A stretch of 64,000 nt of DNA from the NCBI RefSeq assembly GCF_036321535.1, contig NC_087437.1, positions 53,694,001 through 53,758,000 of the forward strand. Reading direction: 5' to 3'. The stretch comes from Camelus dromedarius (Eukaryota). The notes beneath the pieces were generated by a model that was not told the origin of the DNA, did not search any database, and saw nothing but the letters and a program-made list of their open reading frames with translations. The translations under genes and the position numbers were made by a program. Below are positions 1 to 13,779 of the stretch, one piece after another (within the stretch, counting starts at the first letter, position 1; every line of letters begins with the position of its first letter).

Positions 1-346
1 AGTGGTGGTTACCAGGGCCTGGGGGGTGGGAGAAATGGGGAGGTGTTAATCAAAGGGTAAAAATTTCCAGTTATAAGAATAAGTTCTGGGGATCTAATGC
101 ACACCATGGTGATTATAGTTAATAATACTGTATTGTATACTTGAAAGCTGTAAGAGAGTAGATCTTAAGTATTCTCACCATAAAAGAAGAAATGATAATT
201 ATGTGATGTATTGGAGGTTTCAGCTAAGGCTATAGTGGTAATCATTTTGCAACATATAAAAGTGCATCAAAGAAATTCACTGTACACCTTAAATTTACAC
301 AATATTATATGTCAATTATATCTCAATAAGGCTGAGGGAAAAAAAA
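1..346 (+). mobile_element. LINE-1 3' UTR end (L1MA/L1MB-like)
   Basis: Typical L1 3' terminal text (gtggttaccaggg...tgtacaccttaaatttacacaat...tatctcaataag) ending in an A-run at 339-346. Confidence 0.85.
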
Positions 347-644
347 CACTAATGACAAACTCATACAACCTTTGCCACAAGCCAGGAACACTTTTATGCA
401 CTTAATATTTTTAGTGTTAATCCTTCTAACAACTTTATGAGAAGGTACTGGTATTATTCCCATTGTACAGATAAGGATACAAGATTAATAAGACAAAGTC
501 CCTGCTTTCAAAGGCATTTACAGAGTAGTTAAGGAGCAAAATTATACACTCACAAAAGAGTGAAGTTAACATTGTTAGGCCTAAATCTCAACACAAGTTT
601 GCAAAAGTAGTGACACAGATGGTTTCCTATGGCTCAAGGAAGTG

Positions 645-3235
645 TGTCTTAGGTCACTTAGGGTCTCCTAAAAGCAGTCACTGAATTAAGGTGGGTGGTA
701 GTGATTAAGGAATTACTCTCAGAGGAATAGATGCAAGACAGGAAAGGGGGGGGGGGCCAGCAAAGGGGCACTTCCAGGTGAAGTTCTAGCTTCAGCCTTT
801 ATCCCAGAGATTTCTGGGGTGTAAATTGCACCTTAGTAACTGTCCTATCTAGAAGCAAGGGAATTGAGGTTTTGAAGTCCCCACTGGTGGTCAGGCCTTG
901 GCTAATGAGGTTCCTTGCAGTTGCAGGAATGTGAAACTCCAGACACTTCGTGTCTGACAATCACATGGTGGAAGTGGTGGAACAGGTGAGGCAGCTGCAC
1001 TGCCCAAGATCAATCCTTTCCAGGTCTCAGGTTCAAGCCACTTGTTGCAAAGCACGCAGAAGCTGGGGGATGAGTGCACAGAATGTCAAAGAGGTCTGAG
1101 AGGATGTGGAGGGTGGGTCCTCACACTGCTAGGGTTCCCCCTCTTGTACCTCTTGTTAAATTCACTCCATCCCATCACAGCTTCTTCAAAATTTTGTTGG
1201 TCAGTTTCTGGAGGAAAATTTGTAAGAGGTATGTTAATGAGGTAAGCCACAGCCCTCACTATGGCAGTTGGACCTGAGATTGTACCTAAGATTTGTTGTT
1301 TTCCTCCTCCACCACCCTTACTAGAGACCACCCCATTTGCCCTTGGCTACCACTTCTGCTAGTTGAGGTGACTAGCCTGGTGAGATGACCTTCAACCCCG
1401 GGGGTCTGAGCCCCTGGTCACCATGCCTTTATCAAGCTGTGGCTCCGTAACTACTCACTGACACTTAATACTGGCCGTGGGAGTACCAAGGGGTGTCCCT
1501 GTGACCCAAACACATTCCTTCCCACCTTCGTTATAGCACAAGTCTACCTCCTCATGATGACCAGAACCAGTTTCCCCAACTGTATGCTAACTCATTTCTG
1601 TGTCTCTTGCTTTACTGACACTAAGCAGGTAGCAGCCATAGCTTTAAGTTGAAAGGGATTCTTAGGTATGCTCTGAGGAGGCATATCTGCCCTGCAAACC
1701 AGACCTTTAGACCCACAGAACCTAAGTTTGCAGGGACAAGAAGTACAAATTCTTCAAGTGGGAGTGATGGTAAGTGGGGCCACTTCCCACTTCTACCAGG
1801 TGACTGCCAGACTCACATCTCCTACCTATTGATTATGTAGGACTCCACCCTAGCAGGGTATCACCTTCAAGCTGGCATCTCAACTGTGCCTCTAAGAGGC
1901 TGATTCAACACACTGTTAGGCCAGCAGCCTCTGGATGATGTAGTATGTGGTAGGACCAGTGGCTCCCACTGTCTTGTGCCTGTGGCCACATGTCCAAGGC
2001 ACTGTTATGCAGTATTTCACACTGCTAAATCGAATGCTCTGTGAGCCCTTGGATAGTGACCTGAGGCCTGTGGGAAGGAAAGGCAAACCCATTCCTGGAA
2101 TACTCTTCAATCCCAGTCAGAAGGAAATGCTTCCCTTTTCGGGGTGGACATGTTCAGCAACCCATGAGTCAGGTCTGGTTATCTTCCTCCTCTGTCAGCT
2201 GGTCAGAGGAAAATTCCCAGTTGTTAGCAGAGAAGTATTGGTGCCCTGGTGATGAGTGATGAGAGAGAACTGGGCCATTTGTCCATGCAGATTACTTGTG
2301 CCCTCTGGACCAGCTCCAGCTGCATCCAGAATATACTACTACTATCACATGACGGCTTGCTGCTGGGCCAGACACTGTGATTTGATAGTTCAAACAGCTC
2401 TCAGCTTAAGGTGAGCAGCTGTGGTACCAGAGTTACTTGATTTCCTAAGATCAGATGCCCATTTCTATCAGGGCTCAGTGTCACAGTATCACGCTAGGAG
2501 CTGTTCTTTGTTTTGAATGGTATATAGTTCTACACTGCTGATGGCACGGCCTTCTCTCTTCAATATATCAAGGACACTCAATGATGGTGACCAAATACTA
2601 CCACAGTTACACTTATGATCTCCTTTGTCGCTCTCAAATGCTGAAGATACTGACAAGTTCATGCATTCCCCCTACCTGTGTCCTGTCTCAGTTAACCATG
2701 AGTGAAGGATCTGGTAATTGCGAAGCTACAGCATGCCAGGGCCTATCAGCACTAGATACAGAGACATTTCTGTCTGGCCAATGTAGGATCCAACTTCAGG
2801 ATCTCATCTTTGAATGTGCTTCCTGGGACCACTTCTGCTACCAACTGTCTTAAATTAGGTTCTCCCAGAACCGGATCCTAAGTCAAGGATTCAGGGGCTT
2901 GTGATTTTTTAAGGAAGATACTAGTAAGGACTTGGGAGGTGCAGGAGAGAGAAACACAAGAGGCCAAGCATGGCTGCATGAAGTGTCAGCTTCATCCTGA
3001 ATCTGCAGAGACTTTGAGAGTAACTGACTCTCCATGGTTTGTTTCACAGCAAAGATGCTATGTGAGAGTAGATGGTATATCTAAAACCCCCAGGCACCTC
3101 CTGCTCTCAGCAAGGGTGGGCAGCCCCAATGCCTAGGAGAAAAAGTGTCTTCAGGCCTTCAGGTCACAGTGTTGGCTGTTAGCTGCAAAGCACGTAGAGT
3201 GGGAGATGGAGGCACACACTGGTAAGGGTGCCCCA
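645..3235 (-). mobile_element. Internally deleted ERVL-class provirus remnant (LTR16/LTR33-like LTRs, pol fragments)
   Basis: Two similar LTR-like segments begin TGTCTT at 645 and 2846. On the minus strand the 5' LTR end (ACA) is followed by PBS-like TGGTAGCAGAAGTGGT (about 2828-2843). Minus-strand 1300-1380 reads PQLAEVVAKGK, like the ERVL integrase C-terminus. Confidence 0.7.
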
Positions 3236-5049
3236 AAGTCAAAGTCATACAGAAAGAAATGCTCTGAGTTCAGAGAATCAAGAGATCATGAGGGAGACAG
3301 AGTAGTCAGAGAAGGCTCCTTGGATGAAATCAGACTTCAGCTGGACTTACTGAGAGGCTGTGGATATGTGAAATTGTATTAACAAGGGCATCACAGATAA
3401 GTTCAGTGGGGCTGTCAGTAGTGAGTGGACACAAGATCTGAAGGAAGCAATTAGATTATCATGGTAGTTGCTGCTGAGATTCTTTAACACTTTCTCTAGA
3501 TTCTTTGTTAGGCTGGAGAAAAATACAAAGCAAAACCACAAACATTTCAAAGATCTCCCTTTGCCCACTAATCCCTCCTTCCTATCTGTTTCAAGGCCCC
3601 TTCTAGGAAATATCTTTTGGAGAGTAAGCACTGAGCACCTTGCTCTAAATCCCCTGCTCCCCACCCCACTCCCAGCCCCTTTTCTTTCCCATCCCTCCCT
3701 CTCCTCTAAGTATTGGATGCCGATCATCAGGCTTAGGGTTTTGAAGTAAGACACTGCATCCTCTCTTGGGACATGTCTGAATCTATTGAACATTTACTAT
3801 TCCCCTGCTTCCTGAGGGCTCAGCATGTGCTGCAAGTTCCAAATCACTGCTATCTAACAATATAAAACAAAACATGATGAGATGCCAAACAAGTGTACAG
3901 GATAATGAATATGAGAACTCAGAAGCCAATTTTGTCCAAGCAAACAGGGAAGACTTTCAGAAGAACACGAGGCTTAATTTGAGTTTTAGAATATGACACG
4001 ATGTCGAGAAGGTGGAGGAGGATTGCCTTCAAGGTAGCTGAAGTGTGAGTGTGTGAGTGTGTGTGTGTGAAGGTATCTGACATGGAGGAAAGGGACAGAG
4101 AAGGCTACATCAGTGCTTCCTAAGCATGACCCTCAAATCACATCAGTGTCCTAACAAAAGAACACATTCTCCATTTCTTCTCTCCCATCCCACCTCTCCA
4201 TTCCTGTTCCCCAGAGGCAACAGCTTTCAAATTTTTCAGGTACTTATTATGGTATTTTTTTCCATCTTTCTAAAAATATGATTATATTGCTACTTTTTAA
4301 TTCATCAGTTTCAGAAATTATTTACTACACTGGAAGATGATAATTCAGCTATCTGAATTATTATCTGATAATTCAGCTATTCACCCCTTACCCATACACA
4401 CCAACCCTATACCCTACTCCTAATATAGTCTTAACAGTATCATATTTGGCTAAATCAATATTCAGTGACTACATTTTGGCCATATAAATGTTATTTGTAG
4501 CTGACTCAGAGTGCATGGTTACATTTCCTTTCTTCCTCCCCTCGACCCCTCACCCTAGGGTTAATGATTACATTTGTGCTTACTTAGGGTTTTTTTGTAA
4601 TATAATCAGTTTATCCCCAAATTCTGACAGAGCTATGAACTCTTCTCAGTATATTTATTTATAAATATTAGATATTCTATTCCCTTCCTTTTTTGAGGAG
4701 GGATGTGAGGGAGGCATCCCCCTGAGCTGGGGATCTCCAACCCCACACTAAACAAGTATTGTCATACAGCTCCATCTCATCACTGTCATCTTAGAATTCC
4801 CCTTTCCCCTCGATCCCTGTTATTTCTGTTCCTTTTTTTCCCCCTACAACTGCATTATTGTTGGCTTAAGCCTCCTTGTTTTGGTTAGATATGCCAAAAC
4901 AGTGGTTTCCAGAGAGAGAGGGAAGTAGGGAGTAAGTCTGGGGAAAGCCCAGAGAAAGCACTTCTTAAGGAAATGTGAAGATACCACTCTGGGGTCATGC
5001 AGGAAAACTGAGTGCTTTTGGAAACTCTTCCTGAGACAGCAATAAGTTT

Positions 5050-6350
5050 CAATCACACTGAACTGGAAAGGTGAGGGCCTTAAGATAAATCTTTATTTTC
5101 CTCCGTGCATGTAACAGGCTTAGATCTCAAATACAGAACATATTAAAAACAAGCATTAAAAAAGCTGTACTTTGCCACATTGACAGAAGAGGGCACCATT
5201 AAGCTAAGAATCTTGTAAACCATCTCAAAGCCACAAACAAAACTGAAGAAAAAGGAATACATCTATGCAAAGCTACTTACAGAAAAAAAAAAAAAAAAAA
5301 AAGAGAGAGAGAGAGAGAGAAAGAAGAGAATCAAATATCTCAAGTGATGAAAATCTTCCTTCATTTCAAGGGAAATAAAAAGCAAAACACAAAACCCAAA
5401 CAACCATGAAGTGAAAGAAAACCACAACACATTTCAGGTTGAACTAAATAACCTCAAATAAGCATTTGGAAATATGGAAAACTATGTTCAATCAGAAATT
5501 TAAAACATAAATGGATTTGGAAAAAAAATAGGAAGATACTTTAAAAAAGAATTGTTTGAACTCAAGAAATAAACAGAACAAAAAGAAAAATCATCTCAGA
5601 ATTGACAAGTAAATTTTAAGAAAGTAACTGTATTTGTTTCCTGGGGCTGCCTTAACAAATTACCACTAACTGGGTGACTGAAAACCATAGAAACTGGTTC
5701 TCTCATGTTCAGCAGGCCTGAAGTCTGAAATCAAGAAGTGGGCAGGGCTGGTCCCTCCTGTAGGTGCTCCCAGTTTTCATCCCGCTCTCCCAGCTTCCAG
5801 TGGCCGCCAGCAATCCTTGATGTTCCCTGGCTGATAGATGATACATCATTCTAATCTCCACCTCCACCTTCACATTGCCTTCTATTTTAAATGCCTTCTC
5901 TCCTTTTCTTCTAAGGACACTTGCCATTGGATTCGGGTCTCATCTCAAGATCCTTAACTTAATCACATCTACAAGCCCCTTTTACCAGATAAAGTCACAT
6001 TCACAGGTTTGAAGTGGGCACATCGTGTGGGAGGCCAACATTTAACTCACTACAACACCCAAGGGAGAACGGACTCAAATGGAAATTTAATGAGCAGTAC
6101 TGAAGACAGCCAGCCAAAGTGAAATGAGATAAAGAGTCAGGAAGGACATAAATGACACAGAAGACAGGCAATGCAACTTAGATATAATTGGAATCCTTGA
6201 AGAAATAAAAAGCAATGGAACTATTATTTAAAATTATAGTTGAAGGAAACGTCCTAGAAATAAAACATTAATATACAGATGAAAGGCTTTGCCAGGTAGC
6301 TGATGAAATTCATCTGAAATGGTCAACGCCAAGCTAACTTAATAAAATGA
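5050..6350 (+). mobile_element. Old L1 ORF1-like fragment interrupted by an MLT1 LTR
   Basis: A-rich degenerate ORF1-like text (ataattggaatccttgaagaa...gaaggaaacgtcctagaaat) on both sides of the MLT1 insertion. Confidence 0.5.
5629..6054 (-). mobile_element. MaLR solo LTR (MLT1B/C-like)
   Basis: Begins TGTATTTGTTTCCTGGGGCTGCCTTAACAAATTACCAC and ends ...AACTCACTACA, the characteristic MLT1 termini. Confidence 0.85.
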
Positions 6351-7940
6351 TTTCATTCCTCCATTGTACATATCTATTCTTGCACCAAGCCCATGCCAGC
6401 TCAATTACTGTAGCTTTATAGTAAGTATCAAAATCAGGTAGTACTGAGGCCTTCAACACTGGTGTTCTTTTTCATTCTTTTGGGTATTCTAGGTCCTTTG
6501 TATTTCCATATATTTTAGAAGCAACTTGTCTGTTTCTGAAAGCCCACTGTGTTTCTGACTGGAATTGTGTTGAAGCTATAGATCAATTTGAAAGTGACAA
6601 TTTAACAATAGTGAATTCTCTAACCTATGAATACAGTATCTCTATTTAGGGCTTTACTTTCTTTCACTGGTGTTTGTAACTTTCAGCATACAATCCAGCA
6701 CATATCTTGTTAGATTTACACTTGTTTTTCATGTTTTGGTATACTGTCATTGGTACTATTTAAAATTTTTTTAAGTTTCTAATTATTCATTTCTACTATA
6801 TATGTAATTCAATTGATTTTTGTATACTGTTCAGCTCCTTTAGGGGAGGTTTCTTTTGATATATACGCAAGCTCAGAGGTTCTTTCCTTAGCTGACAATT
6901 TACTAATAAGCCCACCAAAAGCATTCTTCCTTTCTGTTACAGTGTTTGGATTGCTAGCATTGATTTCTTAGGGTTCCCATCACTCTGCGGCATTGCTCCT
7001 GTCTTCTTGCCAGCTGTCTACTTTAATCATCAGAGCCCTTAGCATGTTACTCATAGTTGTTTAAAATTCCCTGGGCTGATAATTCCAACATTCCTGCCAT
7101 GAGTGGCTCTGAAGCTTCCTCCGTCTTTTCAAACTGTGTTTTTTGTTTTTTAGTACACTTTGTAATTTTTCATGATAGCTGGATGTGATATACTGGTTAA
7201 AAGGAACTGCTGTAAACAGGCTTTTAGAAATGTAGTGATAAGGTGTAGGGGATGGTGTTCTACAGTCCTATGATTAGGTCTCAGTTGTTTAGTGGGCTGC
7301 TACCCCTGGACTGAACTTCAAAGGGTTTCTCAGTTTCTCTCTTCCCCCCCTTAGGTGGAACAAGAAGGCTGGAATGTGCTGGAATAGTGTACTTCCCTGC
7401 CCCTGCAACAGCCAGGCTCTGGTTGAATAGTTTCTCCTGAGGGCAAGCCTTGTTAAGAAGAACAGAGTTCTCTGGCATATTCTGAGATGGTTTCTTTCTC
7501 CTTCCCCTGAGGGAGTGTAAGGAGATTTTTCTCCAACATTTATTGTGAAAATATGGTCAAGTTCCTGGAGGTAAACTCACAAAACTCTGCCCACCCATAA
7601 CTATTCCCTCCTCCCCTATAACTAGGAATCTCTGGAGTTTTTAATTCTCAGAGTTGTCTACACTGAACTTCTAGTAACTTGTCAAATTACAGTTCATGTT
7701 TTCCTTCCCTGGCACCAGCTTCCGTGGTTTTTTCCACTGGTGAGTCTCTGTTTAGGTAAGCCATGACTCCTGGTATTCACCCGTGTGTCCAATCCTGGGA
7801 GCAACTGTTTGCCCAATGTCTGACTTTCTCTTACAGATCTAAGAGGAACTGTTGACCTTTCAGTATGTTAAGCTTTTTACTTATTGTTGGGACAACATGG
7901 TGACTTCCAAGCTCCTTATTGCACAACTAGAACCAGAAGT
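6350..7940 (-). mobile_element. Old L1 fragments (ORF2 and other L1M sequence), antisense
   Basis: T-rich antisense L1 ORF2 text (tgtagctttatagtaag...ctatagatcaattt...ttgatttttgtata). Confidence 0.6.
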
Positions 7941-8149
7941 CTGTAAAATTTTAATATATTTAATTGTAGATCTAAGACCTAAAGTTTGAGTTGAGAATAA
8001 TAATTTATGTTTTGACAAATAAGAAATAATGCAATTAAAAATGGAAGGTTCAGGTAGAAGTAAAGATGAAAGTAGAGCCTACCTGTTGTACAGGCAATGA
8101 ATAGAAGTTCAGGGGGTACCATTAAAAAGGAAAACTGAATGGTAAAAAG

Positions 8150-9908
8150 TTAAATAAACCCACAGCTAACATCATACTCAATAGTAAAAAGCAGAAAGCA
8201 TTTCCTCTGGGATTGGGAAAAGGACAGGGATGGCCATTCCTGCCACTTTTATTCAGCATCATATTGGAGGTCCTGGTCACAAGAGTCGGACAAGGAAAAG
8301 AAATGAAAGGAATTCAAATTGGAAGGGAGGAGGTAAGACTGTCATTGTTTGCAGATGACATGATACTATACACAGAAAATCCTAAAGATGCCACCAGAAA
8401 ACTAATTTTGGTAAAAATGTAGGATACAAAATTAATATACAGAGATCTGTTGCATTTCTGTGTACTAACAACGAATTATCAGAAAGAGAAATTAAGGAAA
8501 CAGTCTCATTCACCTTTGCATCACCTTTGAATAAACCTATCTTAGGAGGCAAAAGACCTGTACTCAGAAAACTGTAAGACACTGATGGAAGAAATTGAGG
8601 ATGACAGATCAGATGGAAAAATACACCATGTTCTTTGATTGGAAAAATTAATATTGTTAAAATGTCCATACTACCAAAGGCAATCTACAGATTCAATGCA
8701 ATCCCTATCAAAATACCAATGGCATTTTTCACAGAACTAGAACAAATGATTTTAAAATGTATATGAAAACACAAAAGACCTTGAATAGCTAAAACAATCT
8801 TGAGAAAGAAAAATAGAGCTGAAGGACTCATGCTCCCTGATTTCAGACTATACTATAGAGCTACAGTAATCAAAACAGTATGGTATTGGCACAAAAACAG
8901 ACACATAGATCAATGGAACAGAACACAGAGCCCAGAAATAAACCCACACACTTATGGTCAATTAATCTATTAAAAAGGAGTCAGGAATATACAATGGAGA
9001 AAGGATAATCTCTTCAACAAGCTGTGCTGGCAAAACTGGACAACTATACGTAAAAGAATGAAATTAGAACATTCTATAACACCATATACGAAAATTAACT
9101 CAAAATGGATTAAAAACCTAAATGTAATACTGGAAACCATAAAAATCCGAGAGAAAAACAGGAAGAACACTCTTTTGACATAAATTGCAGCAATATTTTT
9201 TGGATCTGTCTCCTAAAGTAAAGTAAATAAAAGCAAAAATGAATAAATGGGATCTAATTAAATTTAAAAGCTTTTGCACAGCAAAGGAAACCAAAGTGAA
9301 AACCTACTGAATGTGAGAAAATATCTGCAAATGATATGACTATTAAAGGGTTAGTATCCAAAAAATATAAACAGCTCACACAACTCAATATGAAACAAAA
9401 CAGAACAAAACAAATGAAAAAACCAACCCAATTAAAAACTGGGTAGAAGAAATGAATAGACATTTTTCAAAGAGGAAATGCAGATGTCCAACAGACACAT
9501 AAAAAGATGTTCAACATCACTAATCACCAAGGAAATGCAAATCAAAACTACAATGAGATCTCACCTCACACTGTCAGAATGGCTATCATCAGAAAGAACA
9601 GTAATAACAAATGTTGGCAAGGGTGTGGAGAAAAGGGAACCTTCCTACACTGTTGGTGTGAATGGAAGTTGGTGCAGCCACTGTAGAAAATAGTACCGAG
9701 GTTCTCAAAAAGCTAAAAACAGAACTATCATATGACCCAGGAATTCCACTCCTGGATATATATCCCCCCCCACCAAAAAAAAAAAAAAAAGAAATAAAAG
9801 AAAAACCACCAAAAACCCAAAGGAACCAAAACCAAAACCAGAAAAACCAAGAACACTAATTTGAAAAGATGCATGCACTCCAGTGTTCACACAGCATTAT
9901 ATACAATT
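8150..9908 (+). mobile_element. L1 ORF2 fragment (reverse transcriptase and C-terminal region), frameshifted
   Basis: ORF 8213-8422 reads [18 protein letters not shown]...[10 protein letters not shown] (RT motifs). ORF 9478-9693 reads [21 protein letters not shown] (ORF2 C-terminus). Confidence 0.95.
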
Positions 9909-10480
9909 GTTGATCCCTTCTAGTGTATTTTTTATTTCAGTTATTGTATTCTTCGGCTCTGTTTGGTTTTTATATTTTCTAACTCTTAAGATTTTCACTG
10001 TGTCCATCCATTCTTCTCCTGAGTTTGGTGATGATCTTTATGATCATTACCTTAAACTCTTATTGGGTAGATTACTTATCTTTACTTCACTTAGTTATTC
10101 TTCTGGGGTTTTATCTTGCCTGGAACATATTCCTTTATCTCCTCATTTTGCCTAATTCTGTTTATTTCTATGCATTAGGGTAGGTCAGTTATGTTTCCTG
10201 ATCTTGGGGACGTGATCTTATATAGGAGACAGACATCCTATGGAGCTCAGCAGCACACTCTCCTCTGGTCACCAAAGCTAAATGCTCTAGGGGTGTCATA
10301 TTATCCAACTTTCCCTAATCTGATAGGTGAGAAATGGTATTTCACTGTAATTTAATTTGCATTCCTCTAAGTAAGGCTAGATATCCATTTTTTTTTAATG
10401 TGTAAGAGACACTTTTATATCTTTCTTATGTGTATATATAGGTCATCTGTTAAAATCTTTTGCCTGTTTTTCTGTCTTAT
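9909..10480 (-). mobile_element. Antisense L1 fragments
   Basis: L1 ORF1/5'-like antisense text followed by an ORF2 C-terminal antisense piece (gtgagaaatggtatttcactgtaatttaatttgcatt). Confidence 0.55.
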
Positions 10481-10774
10481 GTGTGTTCTGGGCATAAGAA
10501 CAATGCATGAAAATGAGGAACTTGATCTATTATAAGATCAGGGTCTCCAAAAAAAATAGAGAAATCTGCCATTCATGAGACTCAAAATTAATTTTTAATC
10601 TGGAGACAAGGAAATCTCCCCATAGGTCTTCATAAAGACATTAGATATGTGTATGAATATGTATCTTTATCAATATACAAACATGAATATATATCCATTT
10701 ATATTTATACATTTATTTAAATGAATTATATTGAATTAATCTATTGATATACAGACACATACACATATTCATTT

Positions 10775-11088
10775 TAGCATTTTTTAATGGAAGTTGTAGA
10801 TAAGATTATTTTATTCCTGTATCACTTTAATTATTTCTTCCTTATAGTTGCCCTTTTACTCCCTTACTGGGTGACATTTGGCTTTATGTTCAAGGCTCTT
10901 TTGCAATTTTGGTCTAGTTTTGTCCTAGAGATAACCACTTTGCTGGGGTGAATAACCACAGGGACAGAGGTGTCATAGGCCTTCTCCTGCTGCACTTGTT
11001 CAATGTAGATGGCACATCTTCCTATCCCCTGGACCACCTTGCCAATTTGCTGTCCTTTGTAGTATGCCCACACAAATTGAACTTCAAC
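10775..11088 (-). pseudogene. 5'-truncated processed pseudogene of ribosomal protein L26 (RPL26/RPL26L1 family)
   Basis: Minus-strand translation [20 protein letters not shown]...IYIEQVQQEKA...VVIHPSKVVI...KLD matches RPL26 ([20 protein letters not shown]...IHPSKVVITRLKLD). After a frameshift, GNYKEEIIKVIQE* ends at the stop at 10813-10811, followed by a short 3'UTR-like tail. No introns. Confidence 0.92.
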
Positions 11089-12199
11089 TCTCAACTGCAT
11101 CTGTTAACACTGCTGCTGGTGCTTGAGAGTTACCTCAATTTTATGGGCCTCATCAAAAAGAGAGAAGATCCTAATTGACCACAGATTCCATGAGAAGACA
11201 TATATGGCCTGTGCTCAAAACATAAACTGACCGAGTCAGGAAACTTACTGTGTTAAGTCTGTATGACTAAAAGTTTTTCAATTGCCTATGCTAGAGCGTA
11301 GTCAAAGCCCGTGTTGCAGTCAGAAGACAGAGGAGCTCAGATCTCCACCCAGAAAGACCATTTGAAGGTAAAGATTCTGCCAACCCAGCCAACTAAACCC
11401 AGCCCAAAGGCCACTGAAACTCAGCATTTCATGAAAAACATATCCTCTTTATTGCCTCATGGTTTACAGAGTTTTTGCTCAATACCTTTCAAGAGTCATA
11501 ACCCACCAAGGAAATCCCTTTTTCCCTCCACCACAGCTTTTCCCAATGTGATGCCCACAAGTTCATTCAACACAATACAACCACCCTCATGATGCACACA
11601 GTCCAGTTCCTTCCTCCACAATCCCACCACTGTGTTGTCCTTTATCTACTCTCTCTTACATCTATAATATTGCTCTAACCCCTGTAGATGTAGGATCCAT
11701 TTTTTTTAAAGTTATGTCCTAAAAATACCAATGTCCTAGGCCTTTTCATTTTCTATTTTTTCTAAGCCTACAATTATACCCACTTATGACTTTGACATCC
11801 ACCTCAGATACATCTCTGTGTTCAAGGCAACTACACATTTACAAGATAGAGCTTCCCACTCAATTTTGAGAATAGGGAATTCCTTTCTAATATCAGAGGA
11901 AGAGATGCTACTGATACCTTGGTACAAAGAAAAACATACCCTTCCTTTAGGAAGATGTAGCCTTGCACAAGGGCATGGCTTGGTAAGGGAAATTCTGATG
12001 AGTGTTTTAGTCCCCATTAACGTCCCTGGCCAGGCATCTTTGTGTAACACTCCAAGTATACACTCATATCAGGTAGCCCTCAGTCTGGGATCCCTGAAGA
12101 ATATTACCTTATGATTTTGTTTACTGGCTGACAAGGTAAGTAGACATGGTCATCTCACAGTTTGCAATTATATCTGCAAGATTTAATATTTGCCCCAGT

Positions 12200-12850
12200 C
12201 TATTTAATTAGTTCCACAAGGGTAGGAACTCTGTTTTTACTCACTCCATATGCCAGTGCCTACTACAGTGCCTGGTACATAATGAACACTCATTATGTTT
12301 TTTATCCTTTTCATAACAGTGGCTTCAATTCTTTGGGCAAAGCAAAAAGGTTACTTTATAACTCAGACATGACCACTGTCCCAAAGTTTATCTCTGGCAA
12401 ACACGGGGAACCTTATCAAGAAGAGTGAAGATTAAGAGCCAATTCAATTCACTTCCTCAGGTCTACAAGGCTCACTGCCGCTCAGAGCTTTCACACGTGC
12501 GGTTTCTTATGACTAAAATACTTCCCCCCACAAACAATAGCCACTTACCTGACTCTTGCCCCTCCTACAGTTCCAGCTTAAAATGAGTTCTGATTGGCAT
12601 ACGGAGTGCATAATATAATGTGGGTCTCCCCTCTTGCCCCATAACTCTACCTCCTAGCAGCCTATTCTTTTCTTTCAAAGTCTTTATCCCACTGTGTCCC
12701 ATTTTATACATCGTATGATCTGATTAGCATCTCTCTCCCACACCATGTATGGAATTCCATGAAGGTCTGTTTGGCTCACTGGCATATCCTCAGCATTACC
12801 TAGGGGTTTGGCATATAACCCAGATCCTAGTTTACTGAACAAATGAAAGT
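12200..12850 (+). mobile_element. L2 3' fragments
   Basis: L2-like ends (cagtgcctactacagtgcctggtacataatgaacactca; gtctgtttggctcactggcatatcctcagca). Confidence 0.5.
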
Positions 12851-13779
12851 AGTTTTTAAGGATCAGAGAGATATTTTCACATGGGATGGGGGAAGGTAAC
12901 ATGAGGAAGTTAAGAAGTAAAAGCAGACTAGAAAGAGCATCCCCAGCAACGACAGTCAGGGCTCACCGCCTTTCAGATCCCACAGCAGCTCAGGAGCATT
13001 TCTGGAGTCCACCGTAACCTGAGCCATCTGGCAGCTATGATGGTGCCCCAGCAACAAAAGTAAGTGCCCCTTGGTTCCTGAGGTTCCTGCTATTTGTTTC
13101 TCAGCAATGCTCTTCTCCTTCTCTTGTTAACTACCCATTAAGAGGAATTTTTTATCTTTAAAAAATTGTTCTTACAAAAAAAGTTAATTCGCTATAGAAA
13201 AAAATTTTTTAAAAAGGACACTAAAAACTATAATTCCACTTATCTAGAAATAAAATAGCTTGTTCTAGATAATATATATGTACACACAGATATTAACCTT
13301 CTATAAACTGAGACATTTGTAGATACAATTTTATAATCACAATTTTTAATACATGAATTTTTTTTGAACTTTGTAAGTTGTCACAATAACCCTTCATATT
13401 TGGAGATCTTAAATCTGTTCCAGTATTCTACTACAAGTAATACAAAATAGAAATAGCTGGTTGAAAATAAACAAGAATCTAAAAAGAAAATAATTCAGCT
13501 CCACAAAACTTAAAACACAAACATATATATTTAAAACTGGTAATATATTGTAAAACCATTTTATGGTATATTCATACTACTATTTTAAAAGCCAGTAGCT
13601 ATGGATATTAATCTTTTTTAATCTAATTGTCAACAAACTTGCTGTCTACTGAACTGACTTCAAATTGTGTTCCCCCACTCCTCTGGAGGGTTTTAGATAG
13701 TCTGTTAGTAAGAAATGTCAACTTCTGAACTGCGGATAAAGAGACCACAGAATTATTTTTACTGGATTTAGATGCAAAA

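Noticed and set aside
11130..11201. Minus-strand ATGTCTTCTCA (MSSH), identical to the start of RPL39/RPL39L
   Set aside because: The match is only 11 nt. The frame continues GICGQLGSSLFLMRPIKLR*, unrelated to RPL39.
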